A stretch of DNA of 64,000 nt from Hungatella sp. UBA5385 (lineage in GTDB: Bacteria > Bacillota > Clostridia > Lachnospirales > Lachnospiraceae), in the NCBI GenBank assembly GCA_002409995.1, contig DHOR01000028.1, forward strand, positions 49,692 through 113,691, written 5' to 3'. A program made the position numbers and the translations under genes. A model generated the notes under the pieces. The model did not search any database and had not been told where the DNA came from. It saw nothing but the letters and a program-made list of their open reading frames with translations. Of this stretch, positions 35,676 through 45,177 are shown piece after piece; position 1 is the first letter of the stretch; each line of letters begins with the position of its first letter.

Positions 35676-37949
35676 ATGAATAACCCAACTTTATGGAATC
35701 TCAATTGGAAGTTTTATGATCATTTTGATAAAACCTATATTGAAAATGATATAGATGAAAAGTTTAAAACCGTGAATCTCCCTCATACTGTAAAGGAACT
35801 GCCTTTAAGTTATTTCAGTCATGAGGAAACAACGATGATCAGTACCTACGTTAAAAGTCTGTTTTTAACAACGTGTGGGGAGGATAAAAGAAGGATACTG
35901 ATATTTGACGGAGTCATGACTTGTTTTGAGTTGTTTGTTAATGGGGAAAATGCAGGGGAGCATAAAGGTGGGTATTCCCGAAGCATGTTTGATATTACTG
36001 AATTTTGCAGGCAGGGTGAGAACCGCATTGTACTTAAAGTAGACAGCAATGAAAGAAATGATATTCCGCCCTTTGGTTATGCCATTGATTATATGACATA
36101 TGGTGGAATCTACAGGGATGTATGGCTGTATGAATGCAATAAGAGCTTTATAACACAGGCTCTGGTACGCTATGATTTAAAAGATGATGAGGTGATGGTT
36201 TATCCAGAGATTTATGTGGATAATTCCGGCAACGCTTATGAAGGAGCTGTGGAAGTATGTATACAGAATGCAGATGGAGAGAAGATACATTCTTATGAAC
36301 GTTTGATTCGGATTGAGCAGGGTAAAAACAGTTATATTCTGGATTCGGAAGCCATCCGGTCACCTATATTGTGGAATTTAAATAATCCATATCTTTATAC
36401 CATATCAGTTTGTTTGAAGAGTGAAGGCGAAATCTCTGATATTCATTGTGTAAAGACAGGATTTCGCGAGGTGAGTTGTACACCTGAGGGCGTATTTATC
36501 AATGGAAATAAAGTGAAGATTATGGGCCTTAACCGGCATCAGTCATTCCCTTATACAGGGTATGCTATGGGTAAACGGGCTCAGGAAAAAGATGCAGAAA
36601 TTTTAAAGGAATTTCTCAATGTTAATACAGTGCGAACATCCCATTATATGCAGTCTGAGTATTTTCTGGATAAATGTGATGAGCTTGGTCTTTTAGTTTT
36701 TTCGGAAATACCTGGCTGGGGATATATTGGGGGAGATGAATTTAAGAGAGTTATGATGCAGGATGTAGAATCCATGATTCTAACCCAATTTAACCATCCC
36801 AGTATTTTTATCTGGAGCATCCATATTAACGAATCTCTGGATGATGATGTGTTATATACAAAAGCAAATGCACTTGCTAAAAAACTGGACCCTTCCAGAC
36901 CGACTACCGGTGTGCGCTACATATCAAACAGTAATCTTATAGAAGATGTATATTCACTCAATGATTTTACTTATTCAGACTGTAATCCTGATGGAACAAA
37001 GCTGTTTAGGGGGCAGAGAGAAGCTACCGGGCTTTCTGAGCCGGTTCCATTCCTTATTACAGAATTTTCCGGCACAGCTTTTCCAACAAAGAGCTGGGAC
37101 AGTGCATATAAGAGAACCGTTCATGCCAGAGCATATGCCAGAGTATTCAGCCAGTCCAATCTGTCAACGGATTTGTTAGGAATTATTGGCTGGTGTGCTT
37201 TTGACTATAATACTCATGGAGATTATGGATCAGGTGATAAAATCTGTTATCATGGAGTGATGGACATGTTCCGTATACCTAAATATGCAGCGTATGTGCT
37301 CCGCAGTCAGAAAAATCCTGAAGATGAGATTATCATGGAACCAACCACTGAATTTTCCAGAGGGGATAATAAGGGAAACTGTCTGGTGTCTCCATTTATG
37401 GTTCTTACAAATTGCGATTACATAGAAGTAGAAATGTATGGGAAATCCCCCATCCGTTATTATCCGGATAACCGATATATGGGCTTAGAGCATCCGCCTA
37501 TTGAGATTGAACAGGAGATTGGGGTATGGCAAGATCTCTGGAAGGATGGGAAAATTACTGGGTATTATAAGGGGAAACCGGTGATTGAAAAAAGATTCCT
37601 CAGAGATTCCTGTCTGACAGATATGGAGGTTAAGGCAGATGGAAACCAGCTGTTTGGTGATTATGTGGATTCTGTGAGAATTGTGTGCCGTATGGTGGAT
37701 GAAGCTGGGACTACTTTGGTATATTATCCAGGCATTGTACAGGTTGAGACACAGGGAAATATAGAGGTAATCGGGCCTGATGTCATATCAACTTCAGGGG
37801 GATACGCTGCTTTCTGGATTAAAACCCGACCGGAAGCTTATTCGGGAGATGATGAGACTTGTTCTGTGGTGATTCGTTTGTTAAATACGGAAGTTGAGGA
37901 AAAAAGCATCTCCATTGAACTGAAGAAGTCTGGGGAGAATGTAGGCTGA
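35676..37949 (+). CDS. Glycoside hydrolase family 2 (beta-galactosidase-like), 757 aa
   Basis: The motifs FVNGENAGEHKGGYS, GLNRHQSFPY, VRTSHYMQSEYFLDKCDELGLLVFSEIPGW and WSIHINES are present. Confidence 0.85.
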   Translation: MNNPTLWNLNWKFYDHFDKTYIENDIDEKFKTVNLPHTVKELPLSYFSHEETTMISTYVKSLFLTTCGEDKRRILIFDGVMTCFELFVNGENAGEHKGGYSRSMFDITEFCRQGENRIVLKVDSNERNDIPPFGYAIDYMTYGGIYRDVWLYECNKSFITQALVRYDLKDDEVMVYPEIYVDNSGNAYEGAVEVCIQNADGEKIHSYERLIRIEQGKNSYILDSEAIRSPILWNLNNPYLYTISVCLKSEGEISDIHCVKTGFREVSCTPEGVFINGNKVKIMGLNRHQSFPYTGYAMGKRAQEKDAEILKEFLNVNTVRTSHYMQSEYFLDKCDELGLLVFSEIPGWGYIGGDEFKRVMMQDVESMILTQFNHPSIFIWSIHINESLDDDVLYTKANALAKKLDPSRPTTGVRYISNSNLIEDVYSLNDFTYSDCNPDGTKLFRGQREATGLSEPVPFLITEFSGTAFPTKSWDSAYKRTVHARAYARVFSQSNLSTDLLGIIGWCAFDYNTHGDYGSGDKICYHGVMDMFRIPKYAAYVLRSQKNPEDEIIMEPTTEFSRGDNKGNCLVSPFMVLTNCDYIEVEMYGKSPIRYYPDNRYMGLEHPPIEIEQEIGVWQDLWKDGKITGYYKGKPVIEKRFLRDSCLTDMEVKADGNQLFGDYVDSVRIVCRMVDEAGTTLVYYPGIVQVETQGNIEVIGPDVISTSGGYAAFWIKTRPEAYSGDDETCSVVIRLLNTEVEEKSISIELKKSGENVG

Positions 37950-37962
37950 TATTTATAGGAAA

Positions 37963-37999
37963 AACGGGAGATTGCAAAAATTGCACTCCTGTTTTTTGT
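37963..37999 (+). terminator. Terminator after GH2 gene
   Basis: ACGGGAGATTGCA / TGCACTCCTGT form an imperfect stem followed by TTTTTTGTT. Confidence 0.6.
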
Positions 38000-38127
38000 T
38001 CTGTAATGATTGGCAAGTAAGATAGCTTGTTACAGTTTTTCTAAAGACTTGACCACAATTTTACCTGAAAACAGGTATGAACTAATGATACTGCTAATAT
38101 ATTATTAAAAATGCCTAAGGACCTGCT

Positions 38128-39801
38128 TTGGAAAAGATTATTGATGAAAGATATTTTGACTTAATTATTGATAATACGCTGGTGAAAAAATATGATACAG
38201 GTGATAACATCACCCCCCTCAATGATACTCATGCTATTATGCATGTACTGAGTGAGAATACAGAGCCCTGTGAGCTGGGCAATTACAGGTATCACAGATT
38301 CCCTGCGATCTATACTCTGATGTCCCAGACCAGTCTGGAGGCTTCGGGTATTATCAGCGTACAGAACAATCCCTATCTTGCACTTTATGGAAATGGGATT
38401 TTGGTAGGGGTTGTGGATACAGGTATTGACTATCAGCACCCTGCATTTCTCTATCGGGATGGGATCTCACGGATTCTCAGCATATGGGATCAGACAATAC
38501 AGACTGGACCTGTGCCTTCCGGCTTCAAATATGGGACAGAATACAGCCGGGATTTAATTAATCTTGCAATCAAAAACAGCAATCCTCTGTCTATTGTTCC
38601 CAGCGTTGACGACAATGGACACGGTACAGCAATTGCAAGCATTATGGCAGGGAGCAGAAATGATGCAGAATTATTCCGGGGTGTTGCACCTGAATCTGAG
38701 CTGGTGGTTGTAAAACTGAAGGAGGCAAAGCAGAACATTCGCCAGGTATCCTTTGTGCCTGAAGATGCAGAATGTTATCAGGAGACGGATATTATGCTTG
38801 CCATCAGATATTTGGTGGAAATGTCCATCAGCTTAAGACGCCCCATTGCCATCTGCCTTGCTCTTGGAACCAGTCAGGGCAGCCATAATGGTTATGGAAC
38901 TCTCAGCGAATACATAGACAGTCTTGTACTAATTCCTGGAATCGATATTTCGGTTGCAGCGGGAAATGAAGGAAATAGCAGAAGGCATTATTATAGCCTT
39001 GTGGAAACGGCACCATTTACCAGGTTTTTTGAGATGAGGGTCAGTGAGCAGGACCGCCTGTTTGCCATGGAGATATGGGCAAAGATTCCTGCCCGGCTAG
39101 CCATTGAAATCACTTCTCCTACAGGAGAGTCCACTAATTTTATCTACCCTCAGATTCAAAGCTGTCTCGATTTTAACTTTATTTTTGAAATCAGCAGAAT
39201 CTGGGTCAATAACATCAGTTTTGAGGAAGAGACAGGGGATCAGCTGATTCTGCTGAGATTTGAAAATGCCCAGGAAGGAGTCTGGCGTATTCAGATTACT
39301 AATATAGAAGAAGAAGGATTTACGTTTAACGCCTGGCTGCCTGCAGGGAATCTGTTGTCAAGTGAGACTTATTTTCTTGAGCCATCTCCTGATACCACGA
39401 TTACAGCACCTGGAAATGTGCCAAATCCATTGACAGTGACTGCCTATGACCCTGCCAGTGACAGCATTGTCATTGAATCAGGAAGAGGATATACAGTGAA
39501 CAATCAGGTAAAGCCTGATATAGCTGCTCCCGGCTTTGAACTCACCTGTGCTTATCCCAATGACCGCTATGGCAGCCTTACAGGAACAGGGGCAGCTGCA
39601 GCCCATGCAGCAGGCACTATGGCTATGCTTCTGGAATGGGCAGTTGTAAAAGGGAATTATACCTCTATTACTGGAAATGATATTAACAAGCTGATCATAC
39701 GCGGGGCAAACAGGCAACAGCCAGTGTATACCTATCCTAATAATATATGGGGGTATGGAAAGCTGGATATTTACAATGTGTTCAGAAAGTTAAGCTTATA
39801 A
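38128..39801 (+). CDS. Csp-like subtilase (S8 family) with Gly at the catalytic Ser position
   Basis: TTG start. Asp is at VGVVDTGIDYQHPAF and the SIWDQT motif is present. His is at DDNGHGTA and the oxyanion Asn at AAGNEGN. A large insertion separates His from the Ser box. The Ser box reads LTGTGAAAAHAAG instead of GTS. Confidence 0.75.
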   Translation: MEKIIDERYFDLIIDNTLVKKYDTGDNITPLNDTHAIMHVLSENTEPCELGNYRYHRFPAIYTLMSQTSLEASGIISVQNNPYLALYGNGILVGVVDTGIDYQHPAFLYRDGISRILSIWDQTIQTGPVPSGFKYGTEYSRDLINLAIKNSNPLSIVPSVDDNGHGTAIASIMAGSRNDAELFRGVAPESELVVVKLKEAKQNIRQVSFVPEDAECYQETDIMLAIRYLVEMSISLRRPIAICLALGTSQGSHNGYGTLSEYIDSLVLIPGIDISVAAGNEGNSRRHYYSLVETAPFTRFFEMRVSEQDRLFAMEIWAKIPARLAIEITSPTGESTNFIYPQIQSCLDFNFIFEISRIWVNNISFEEETGDQLILLRFENAQEGVWRIQITNIEEEGFTFNAWLPAGNLLSSETYFLEPSPDTTITAPGNVPNPLTVTAYDPASDSIVIESGRGYTVNNQVKPDIAAPGFELTCAYPNDRYGSLTGTGAAAAHAAGTMAMLLEWAVVKGNYTSITGNDINKLIIRGANRQQPVYTYPNNIWGYGKLDIYNVFRKLSL

Positions 39802-40016
39802 GAAGTTATGGGCCGGCAGGTCCCGGAATTCCACAGTTTAATGTTTGGGGACTCCGGGCAGCCGGCTTATGGATATTTACTGGATATTCACCAGAGAAAT
39901 GAACCGGTGAAATATTCGGTGAAATTCTTTCGGCTGGATTTTAACGGTTTACTGGACAAGACTGTGAAAATGATTTATAATGTTACTAATTTTGTAAGGG
40001 TATTTAGAGGTGAAAA

Positions 40017-40739
40017 ATGTACGCATTTGAAAGCAGGGTAAGATACAGTGAGACAGATGAGAATGGAAGGCTGTCAGTGACAGGTATAATGAATTACCTG
40101 CAGGATTGTTCTACATTCCAGTCTGAGGATATCGGCCTTGGAATTTCCTATTTAAAAGAACAGCATCGGGCATGGTGGCTGTCCTCCTGGCAGATTGTGA
40201 TAGACAGATATCCTGCCCTTGGAGAAGAGATAGTAATCAGCACCTGGCCCTATGATTTTAAAGGTTTTTATGGTTACCGTAATTTTACTATCTGCGATAA
40301 GCAGGGGAATTATCTGGTTCGTGCCAATTCTGTATGGTTTTTCTTTGACACGGAAAAGGGACGTCCTGTAAAGATTAAACCTGAGGATATCCGTGGCTAT
40401 GGGGCAACACAGCAGCCTCTCAATATGGAGTATGCATCACGTAAGATTGCTATACCGGAAGAATATGAAGAGGCAGAACCTATTATAATAGGAAAGCATC
40501 ATATTGATACCAATCACCATGTGAATAACGCCCAGTATGTAGAGATTGCCAGAGAAGTGCTTCCTGATGGCATTAAGGTGGGAGAGATCAGGGTGGAGTA
40601 TAAGAAAGCGGCTGTTCTGGCAGATGTGGTTTATCCCCGCATCAGCCGTACAGAGGAAGGGTATACAGTATCCCTGTGTGATAGAGAGGGAGCTGTTCAT
40701 GCAGTCATATGGCTGTGTGAAATAACAGAGAGGAAATAA
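40017..40739 (+). CDS. Acyl-ACP thioesterase family protein
   Basis: RBS is AGAGGTGA. The N-terminus is YAFESRVRYSETDENGRLS and a double hot-dog pattern is present (HHIDTNHHVNNAQY). Confidence 0.8.
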   Translation: MYAFESRVRYSETDENGRLSVTGIMNYLQDCSTFQSEDIGLGISYLKEQHRAWWLSSWQIVIDRYPALGEEIVISTWPYDFKGFYGYRNFTICDKQGNYLVRANSVWFFFDTEKGRPVKIKPEDIRGYGATQQPLNMEYASRKIAIPEEYEEAEPIIIGKHHIDTNHHVNNAQYVEIAREVLPDGIKVGEIRVEYKKAAVLADVVYPRISRTEEGYTVSLCDREGAVHAVIWLCEITERK

Positions 40740-40740
40740 G

Positions 40741-41595
40741 ATGATAGAATTAGGAAAAACACAGAATCTGGTAGTTCAAAGAGACAAGGAATTTGGTGTT
40801 TATTTAGGAGAGAGTGAGAGCAGTGAGACCTCTGTACTCCTGCCGAAGAAGCAGGTGCCGGAAGGAACTAAGACAGGAGACACATTGACTGTTTTCATTT
40901 ATAAGGATTCTGAAGACCGTCTCATAGCAACCACCAATACGCCCAAATTGCAGGTTGGAGAGACTGGTATTCTGACTGTGAAGGAAGTTGGGAAAATCGG
41001 TGCATTTCTGGATATGGGATTGGAAAAGGATTTATTGCTTCCATTTAAAGAGCAGACCCATAAGGTGCGCCAGGGTGAAGAGGTTTTGGCTGCCCTTTAT
41101 GTGGACAAAAGCAAACGTCTGGCAGCTACTATGAAGGTCTATTCTCATTTAAGCAGTGAGTCTCCTTATAATAAGGATGATCAGGTGACTGGAACTGTAT
41201 ATGAGATTAATGAGAATCTGGGAGCATTTGTAGCAGTTGATAATAAGTACTATGGACTGATTCCTAAAAAGGAAGTCTATGGTAATTATCAGGAGGGCGA
41301 CAGTGTAACTGCCCGTGTCACAAAGGTGAGAGAAGACGGTAAGCTGGACTTAAGCCCCAGACAGAAGGCTTATATCCAGATGGACACAGATGCTTCTCTG
41401 GTAATGGAGATCATAGAGAAGCAGTTTGACGGATGTCTTCCTTTTACAGACAAGGCTGATCCTGAACTGATTAAAAAAGAATTTTCCATGAGCAAGAATG
41501 CATTTAAGCGGGCTGTAGGAAATCTTCTAAAAGCAGGTAAGATCAAAATAACAGATAACAGCATAGAAATAGCAAATAAAAACAGTAAAAAATAA
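40741..41595 (+). CDS. S1-domain RNA-binding protein (CvfB/YitL family)
   Basis: Repeated S1-like modules are followed by a C-terminal winged-helix pattern (FSMSKNAFKRAVGNLLKAGKI). The ATG lies 2 nt after the upstream stop. Confidence 0.75.
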   Translation: MIELGKTQNLVVQRDKEFGVYLGESESSETSVLLPKKQVPEGTKTGDTLTVFIYKDSEDRLIATTNTPKLQVGETGILTVKEVGKIGAFLDMGLEKDLLLPFKEQTHKVRQGEEVLAALYVDKSKRLAATMKVYSHLSSESPYNKDDQVTGTVYEINENLGAFVAVDNKYYGLIPKKEVYGNYQEGDSVTARVTKVREDGKLDLSPRQKAYIQMDTDASLVMEIIEKQFDGCLPFTDKADPELIKKEFSMSKNAFKRAVGNLLKAGKIKITDNSIEIANKNSKK

Positions 41596-41602
41596 ATCAA
41601 AA

Positions 41603-42214
41603 GTGGAAAGGGATAACAGGAGGATTATTTTGGACTCGATAGACTATTATAATAAGTATGCGGCGAAAGTATTTGAAGAGACAGCGGAACAGGATATGTC
41701 AGAGATTATGAAATGGTTTCTGGCTGAGCTGGAGGAAGGAGATACAATTCTGGATCTGGGCTGCGGATCAGGACGTGACAGTCTGACATTTTATGAGCTG
41801 GGATTTGATGTGACAGCAATGGACGCTTCCGAGGAGATGTGTAAGCTGGCTGAAATTCATACAGGGTTAGATGTGCTTCAGATGACATTTGAAGAGATGA
41901 ATTTTGATAATGTATTTGATGGAATCTGGGCATGCGCTTCTCTGCTGCATATACCGAAGAAGGAGTTATCTGATGTACTTACTAAGATTGCAAGAGCATT
42001 GGATGACAAGGGAATTCTCTATATGTCTTTCAGAAAAGGAGATTATGAAGGATTTCGTGGGGAACGATACTTCTGTGATTATACAGAAGATTCCATTTCT
42101 GAGGTGCTTAGGGACAATGGACGCTTCGATATTATAAAGCTATGGGAGACGGATGATGTACGATCTGGTCATTCTGACAGGAAATGGTTAAACATTTTAG
42201 TGAGAAAACACTAG
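41603..42214 (+). CDS. Class I SAM-dependent methyltransferase
   Basis: GTG start. Motif I is ILDLGCGSGRDS, and motif II is DGIWACASLLH. Confidence 0.75.
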   Translation: MERDNRRIILDSIDYYNKYAAKVFEETAEQDMSEIMKWFLAELEEGDTILDLGCGSGRDSLTFYELGFDVTAMDASEEMCKLAEIHTGLDVLQMTFEEMNFDNVFDGIWACASLLHIPKKELSDVLTKIARALDDKGILYMSFRKGDYEGFRGERYFCDYTEDSISEVLRDNGRFDIIKLWETDDVRSGHSDRKWLNILVRKH

Positions 42215-42231
42215 AATGAATTGAAAAGTAA

Positions 42232-42274
42232 CCAAGGCGACGTGGAATATTTCCATGTCGCTTTGGCGTTTGTA
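42232..42274 (+). terminator. Terminator hairpin
   Basis: CCAAGGCGACGTGGAA / TTCCATGTCGCTTTGG form a stem followed by CGTTTGT. Confidence 0.6.
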
Positions 42275-42531
42275 ATCAATTATTGGCACCTGGGGACATG
42301 ACTTAGAGAATATAAACAGAAATACCGGTTACATTTAAAACTTATTTTGACGTTTACGCCACCTTTTTATTTGATTATACAAATTAGCCAAATCCTTAAA
42401 AAAGATTTTGGTTAATTGCAATATGGCAAAACAAGAACTCCTCATGTATGATAATGTCAGAAACGAAGAGGCGGTAACTGTGGGGGTTACCGCTTCCCAA
42501 AAATATTTTCATTTCATTAGGAGGATTAAGG

Positions 42532-43644
42532 ATGGCTAGTTTATCACTCAAGAACATCACAAAGAAATATCCAAACGGTTTTGAGGCAGTTAAGGATTTC
42601 AACCTTGATATCGCAGATAAGGAATTCGTTATTTTCGTAGGACCATCAGGTTGCGGTAAGTCTACAACACTTCGTATGATCGCAGGACTGGAGGATATTA
42701 CTTCAGGAGAACTTTACATTGACGGAAAATTAATGAACGACGTAGAGCCAAAGGACAGAGATATTGCAATGGTATTCCAGAACTACGCTCTGTACCCACA
42801 TATGACAGTATATGATAACATGGCATTTGGTCTGAAATTAAGAAAAACACCAAAGGATGAGATTGATAAGCTGGTTCATGAAGCAGCCAGAATCCTTGAT
42901 CTGGAGCATTTGTTAGATCGTAAACCAAAAGCATTATCCGGTGGACAGAGACAGCGAGTTGCCATGGGACGTGCTATTGTTCGTAACCCTAAAGTATTCC
43001 TTATGGATGAGCCTTTATCAAACCTGGATGCTAAGCTGAGAGGCCAGATGCGTATCGAGATCTCCAAATTACATCAGAGACTTCAGGCTACAATCATCTA
43101 TGTAACACATGACCAGACAGAGGCTATGACACTGGGAACCAGAATCGTAGTTATGAAGGATGGTATTATCATGCAGGTAGATTCCCCACAGAATTTATAT
43201 GATAAGCCAGACAACAAGTTCGTAGCTGGATTTATCGGAGCTCCTCAGATGAACTTAATTGAAGCTACTGTTGCAAAGAACGGCGGCGATGTTACTTTAG
43301 CATTTGGCGGCAATACAATTGCTCTTCCAGCAGACAAAGCTAAAAAGTTAGAATCTGCAGGATATGTTGGCAAGGTTGTTACCTTAGGTATCCGTCCAGA
43401 AGATTTACATGATGAAGAAAGATTCCTTGAGGGCTCACCAAGCAGCGTTATGGAAGCAACAATCAGAGTATATGAGTTATTAGGTGCTGAAGTTTACTTA
43501 TACTTTGACGTAGAGGATGTAAGCTTTACAGCAAGAGTTAATCCTCGTACAACAGCAAGAGTTGGCGACACAATTAAGTTAGCTCTTGACTTAACTAAGA
43601 TCCATGTATTCGATAAAGATACAGAATTGGTTATTTTAAACTAA
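42532..43644 (+). CDS. Stand-alone sugar ABC ATPase, MsmK/MsmX/UgpC/MalK type
   Basis: RBS is AGGAGG. Walker A is GPSGCGKST, the signature is LSGGQRQR, and Walker B is FLMDEPLSNLD. A C-terminal TOBE-like domain is present. No permease or binding-protein gene is adjacent. Confidence 0.9.
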   Translation: MASLSLKNITKKYPNGFEAVKDFNLDIADKEFVIFVGPSGCGKSTTLRMIAGLEDITSGELYIDGKLMNDVEPKDRDIAMVFQNYALYPHMTVYDNMAFGLKLRKTPKDEIDKLVHEAARILDLEHLLDRKPKALSGGQRQRVAMGRAIVRNPKVFLMDEPLSNLDAKLRGQMRIEISKLHQRLQATIIYVTHDQTEAMTLGTRIVVMKDGIIMQVDSPQNLYDKPDNKFVAGFIGAPQMNLIEATVAKNGGDVTLAFGGNTIALPADKAKKLESAGYVGKVVTLGIRPEDLHDEERFLEGSPSSVMEATIRVYELLGAEVYLYFDVEDVSFTARVNPRTTARVGDTIKLALDLTKIHVFDKDTELVILN

Positions 43645-43659
43645 AATTAATGAAAATTT

Positions 43660-43700
43660 AAGCAAGCAGGTGTGATACCTGCTTGCTTTTTTTTCGTTTT
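43660..43700 (+). terminator. Rho-independent terminator
   Basis: AAGCAAGCAGGT / ACCTGCTTGCTT form a perfect 12-bp stem followed by TTTTTTCGTTTTT. Confidence 0.85.
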
Positions 43701-43747
43701 TGCATTAATATAGTATAAGGGTAAATTTACTATAAGGAGAGTGTGCC

Positions 43748-44836
43748 ATGATTTCGAATCAAATACTTCAGACAACAATTGAAGGACTTAAAGGAATTAC
43801 CAGAATTGACCTGTGCATTTGTGATACAGAAGGAAAGGTATTGGCTACAACATTTCCTGATGCAGAAGATTACGAGACTTCCATACTGGCATTTGTGGAC
43901 TCCCCGGCAGACAGCCAGGTAATCCAGGGATATCAGTTTTTCAAAGTCTTTGATGAACACCAATTGGAATATATTCTGCTTGCAAAAGGCGGAAGTGATG
44001 ATGTTTATATGGTTGGCAAGCTAGCAGCATTCCAGATCCAGAGTCTGTTAGTTGCTTACAAGGAGCGTTTTGATAAGGACAACTTTATTAAGAACCTGCT
44101 TCTGGACAACCTTCTTCTGGTTGACATCTACAACAGAGCCAAGAAGCTTCACATTGAAACCAATGTAAAGCGTGTGGTATTCACCATTGAGACTCAGCAC
44201 GAGAAGGATGTCAATGCATTAGAGACTGTACGCAATTTATTTGCAGCCAAGACAAAAGATTTTGTTACAGCGGTAGATGAGAAAAATATTATTCTGGTAA
44301 AAGAAGTAAAAGAAGGGGAAACTTACGAGGATTTAGAGAAAACAGCCAACACAATCCTCGACATGCTGAACACCGAGGCAATGACTCAGGTTCAGGTATC
44401 TTTTGGTACCATCGTAAGCGAGATCAAAGAAGTTTCCAGATCTTACAAAGAAGCAAAGATGGCTATGGATGTTGGCAAGATCTTCTATAGCAATAAGAAT
44501 GTAGTAGCATATAACAAGCTTGGTATTGGACGATTGATTTATCAGTTGCCATTGCCGTTGTGTCGTATGTTTATCAAGGAGATATTTGAGAATAAGTCTC
44601 CAGATGATTTTGATGATGAGACATTGACAACTATTAATAAGTTTTTCGAGAATAGTTTGAATGTTTCTGAGACATCGAGACAGTTGTATATTCATAGGAA
44701 TACGCTTGTGTATAGACTGGATAAGCTGCAGAAGAGCACTGGGTTAGATTTGAGGGTGTTTGAAGATGCGATTACGTTTAAGATTGCTTTGATGGTGGCT
44801 AAATACATGAAATATATGGAGAACCAGGACTACTAA
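43748..44836 (+). CDS. PucR-family HTH regulator
   Basis: The C-terminal PucR HTH is ETSRQLYIHRNTLVYRLDKLQKSTG. The N-terminal domain is of unknown function. Confidence 0.7.
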   Translation: MISNQILQTTIEGLKGITRIDLCICDTEGKVLATTFPDAEDYETSILAFVDSPADSQVIQGYQFFKVFDEHQLEYILLAKGGSDDVYMVGKLAAFQIQSLLVAYKERFDKDNFIKNLLLDNLLLVDIYNRAKKLHIETNVKRVVFTIETQHEKDVNALETVRNLFAAKTKDFVTAVDEKNIILVKEVKEGETYEDLEKTANTILDMLNTEAMTQVQVSFGTIVSEIKEVSRSYKEAKMAMDVGKIFYSNKNVVAYNKLGIGRLIYQLPLPLCRMFIKEIFENKSPDDFDDETLTTINKFFENSLNVSETSRQLYIHRNTLVYRLDKLQKSTGLDLRVFEDAITFKIALMVAKYMKYMENQDY

Positions 44837-44852
44837 AAAGAGAGCAGTGTTT

Positions 44853-44917
44853 GAAAAGAGGCAGTAAGAAATTTACGTTGTGCTAGCACATAAGTAAATT
44901 TCTTACTGACTCTTTTC
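44853..44917 (+). repeat. Long imperfect inverted repeat (about 25-bp arms)
   Basis: GAAAAGAGGCAGTAAGAAATTTAC ... GTAAATTTCTTACTGACTCTTTTC. This is probably the terminator of the PucR-family gene. Confidence 0.7.
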
Positions 44918-44931
44918 ATAGGGCGAAGCCC

Positions 44932-44962
44932 AAACTATCATAAGCAAAGCTTATGATAGTTT
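44932..44962 (+). repeat. Perfect 14-bp-arm palindrome
   Basis: AAACTATCATAAGC-AAA-GCTTATGATAGTTT. Confidence 0.8.
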
Positions 44963-45010
44963 CACTGCGGATGCCTAAGGCCAATAACTATCTTAACTAG
45001 CGTTTTGGAA

Positions 45011-45160
45011 GCTCCTCCCCCCTCACCGACATGCAGCGCAGCGCAATGGAGGTGATGTCAAGGAGCCCGCATCCCCATCCCCCTCTACATAACGAATTAT
45101 AAAACGTAGCCCACTTATTCCCCCCTACCATCCCCATAAACCCACCCCCAAAAACACAAA
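45011..45160 (+). other. C-rich, G-poor tract upstream of ftsE
   Basis: Runs such as CTCCTCCCCCCTCACC, CATCCCCATCCCCCTCTAC, TTCCCCCCTACCATCCCCATAAACCCACCCCC occur here. The last ~95 nt contain only a handful of G. This is atypical for this AT-rich genome. Confidence 0.6.
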
Positions 45161-45177
45161 TTTTTTCGAGGATAAAA

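Noticed and set aside
39808-40041. 77-aa ORF between the Csp-like gene and the thioesterase gene
   Set aside because: It has no RBS, overlaps the thioesterase start by 25 nt and has no recognisable motif. It could be a remnant, but I cannot support it as a gene.
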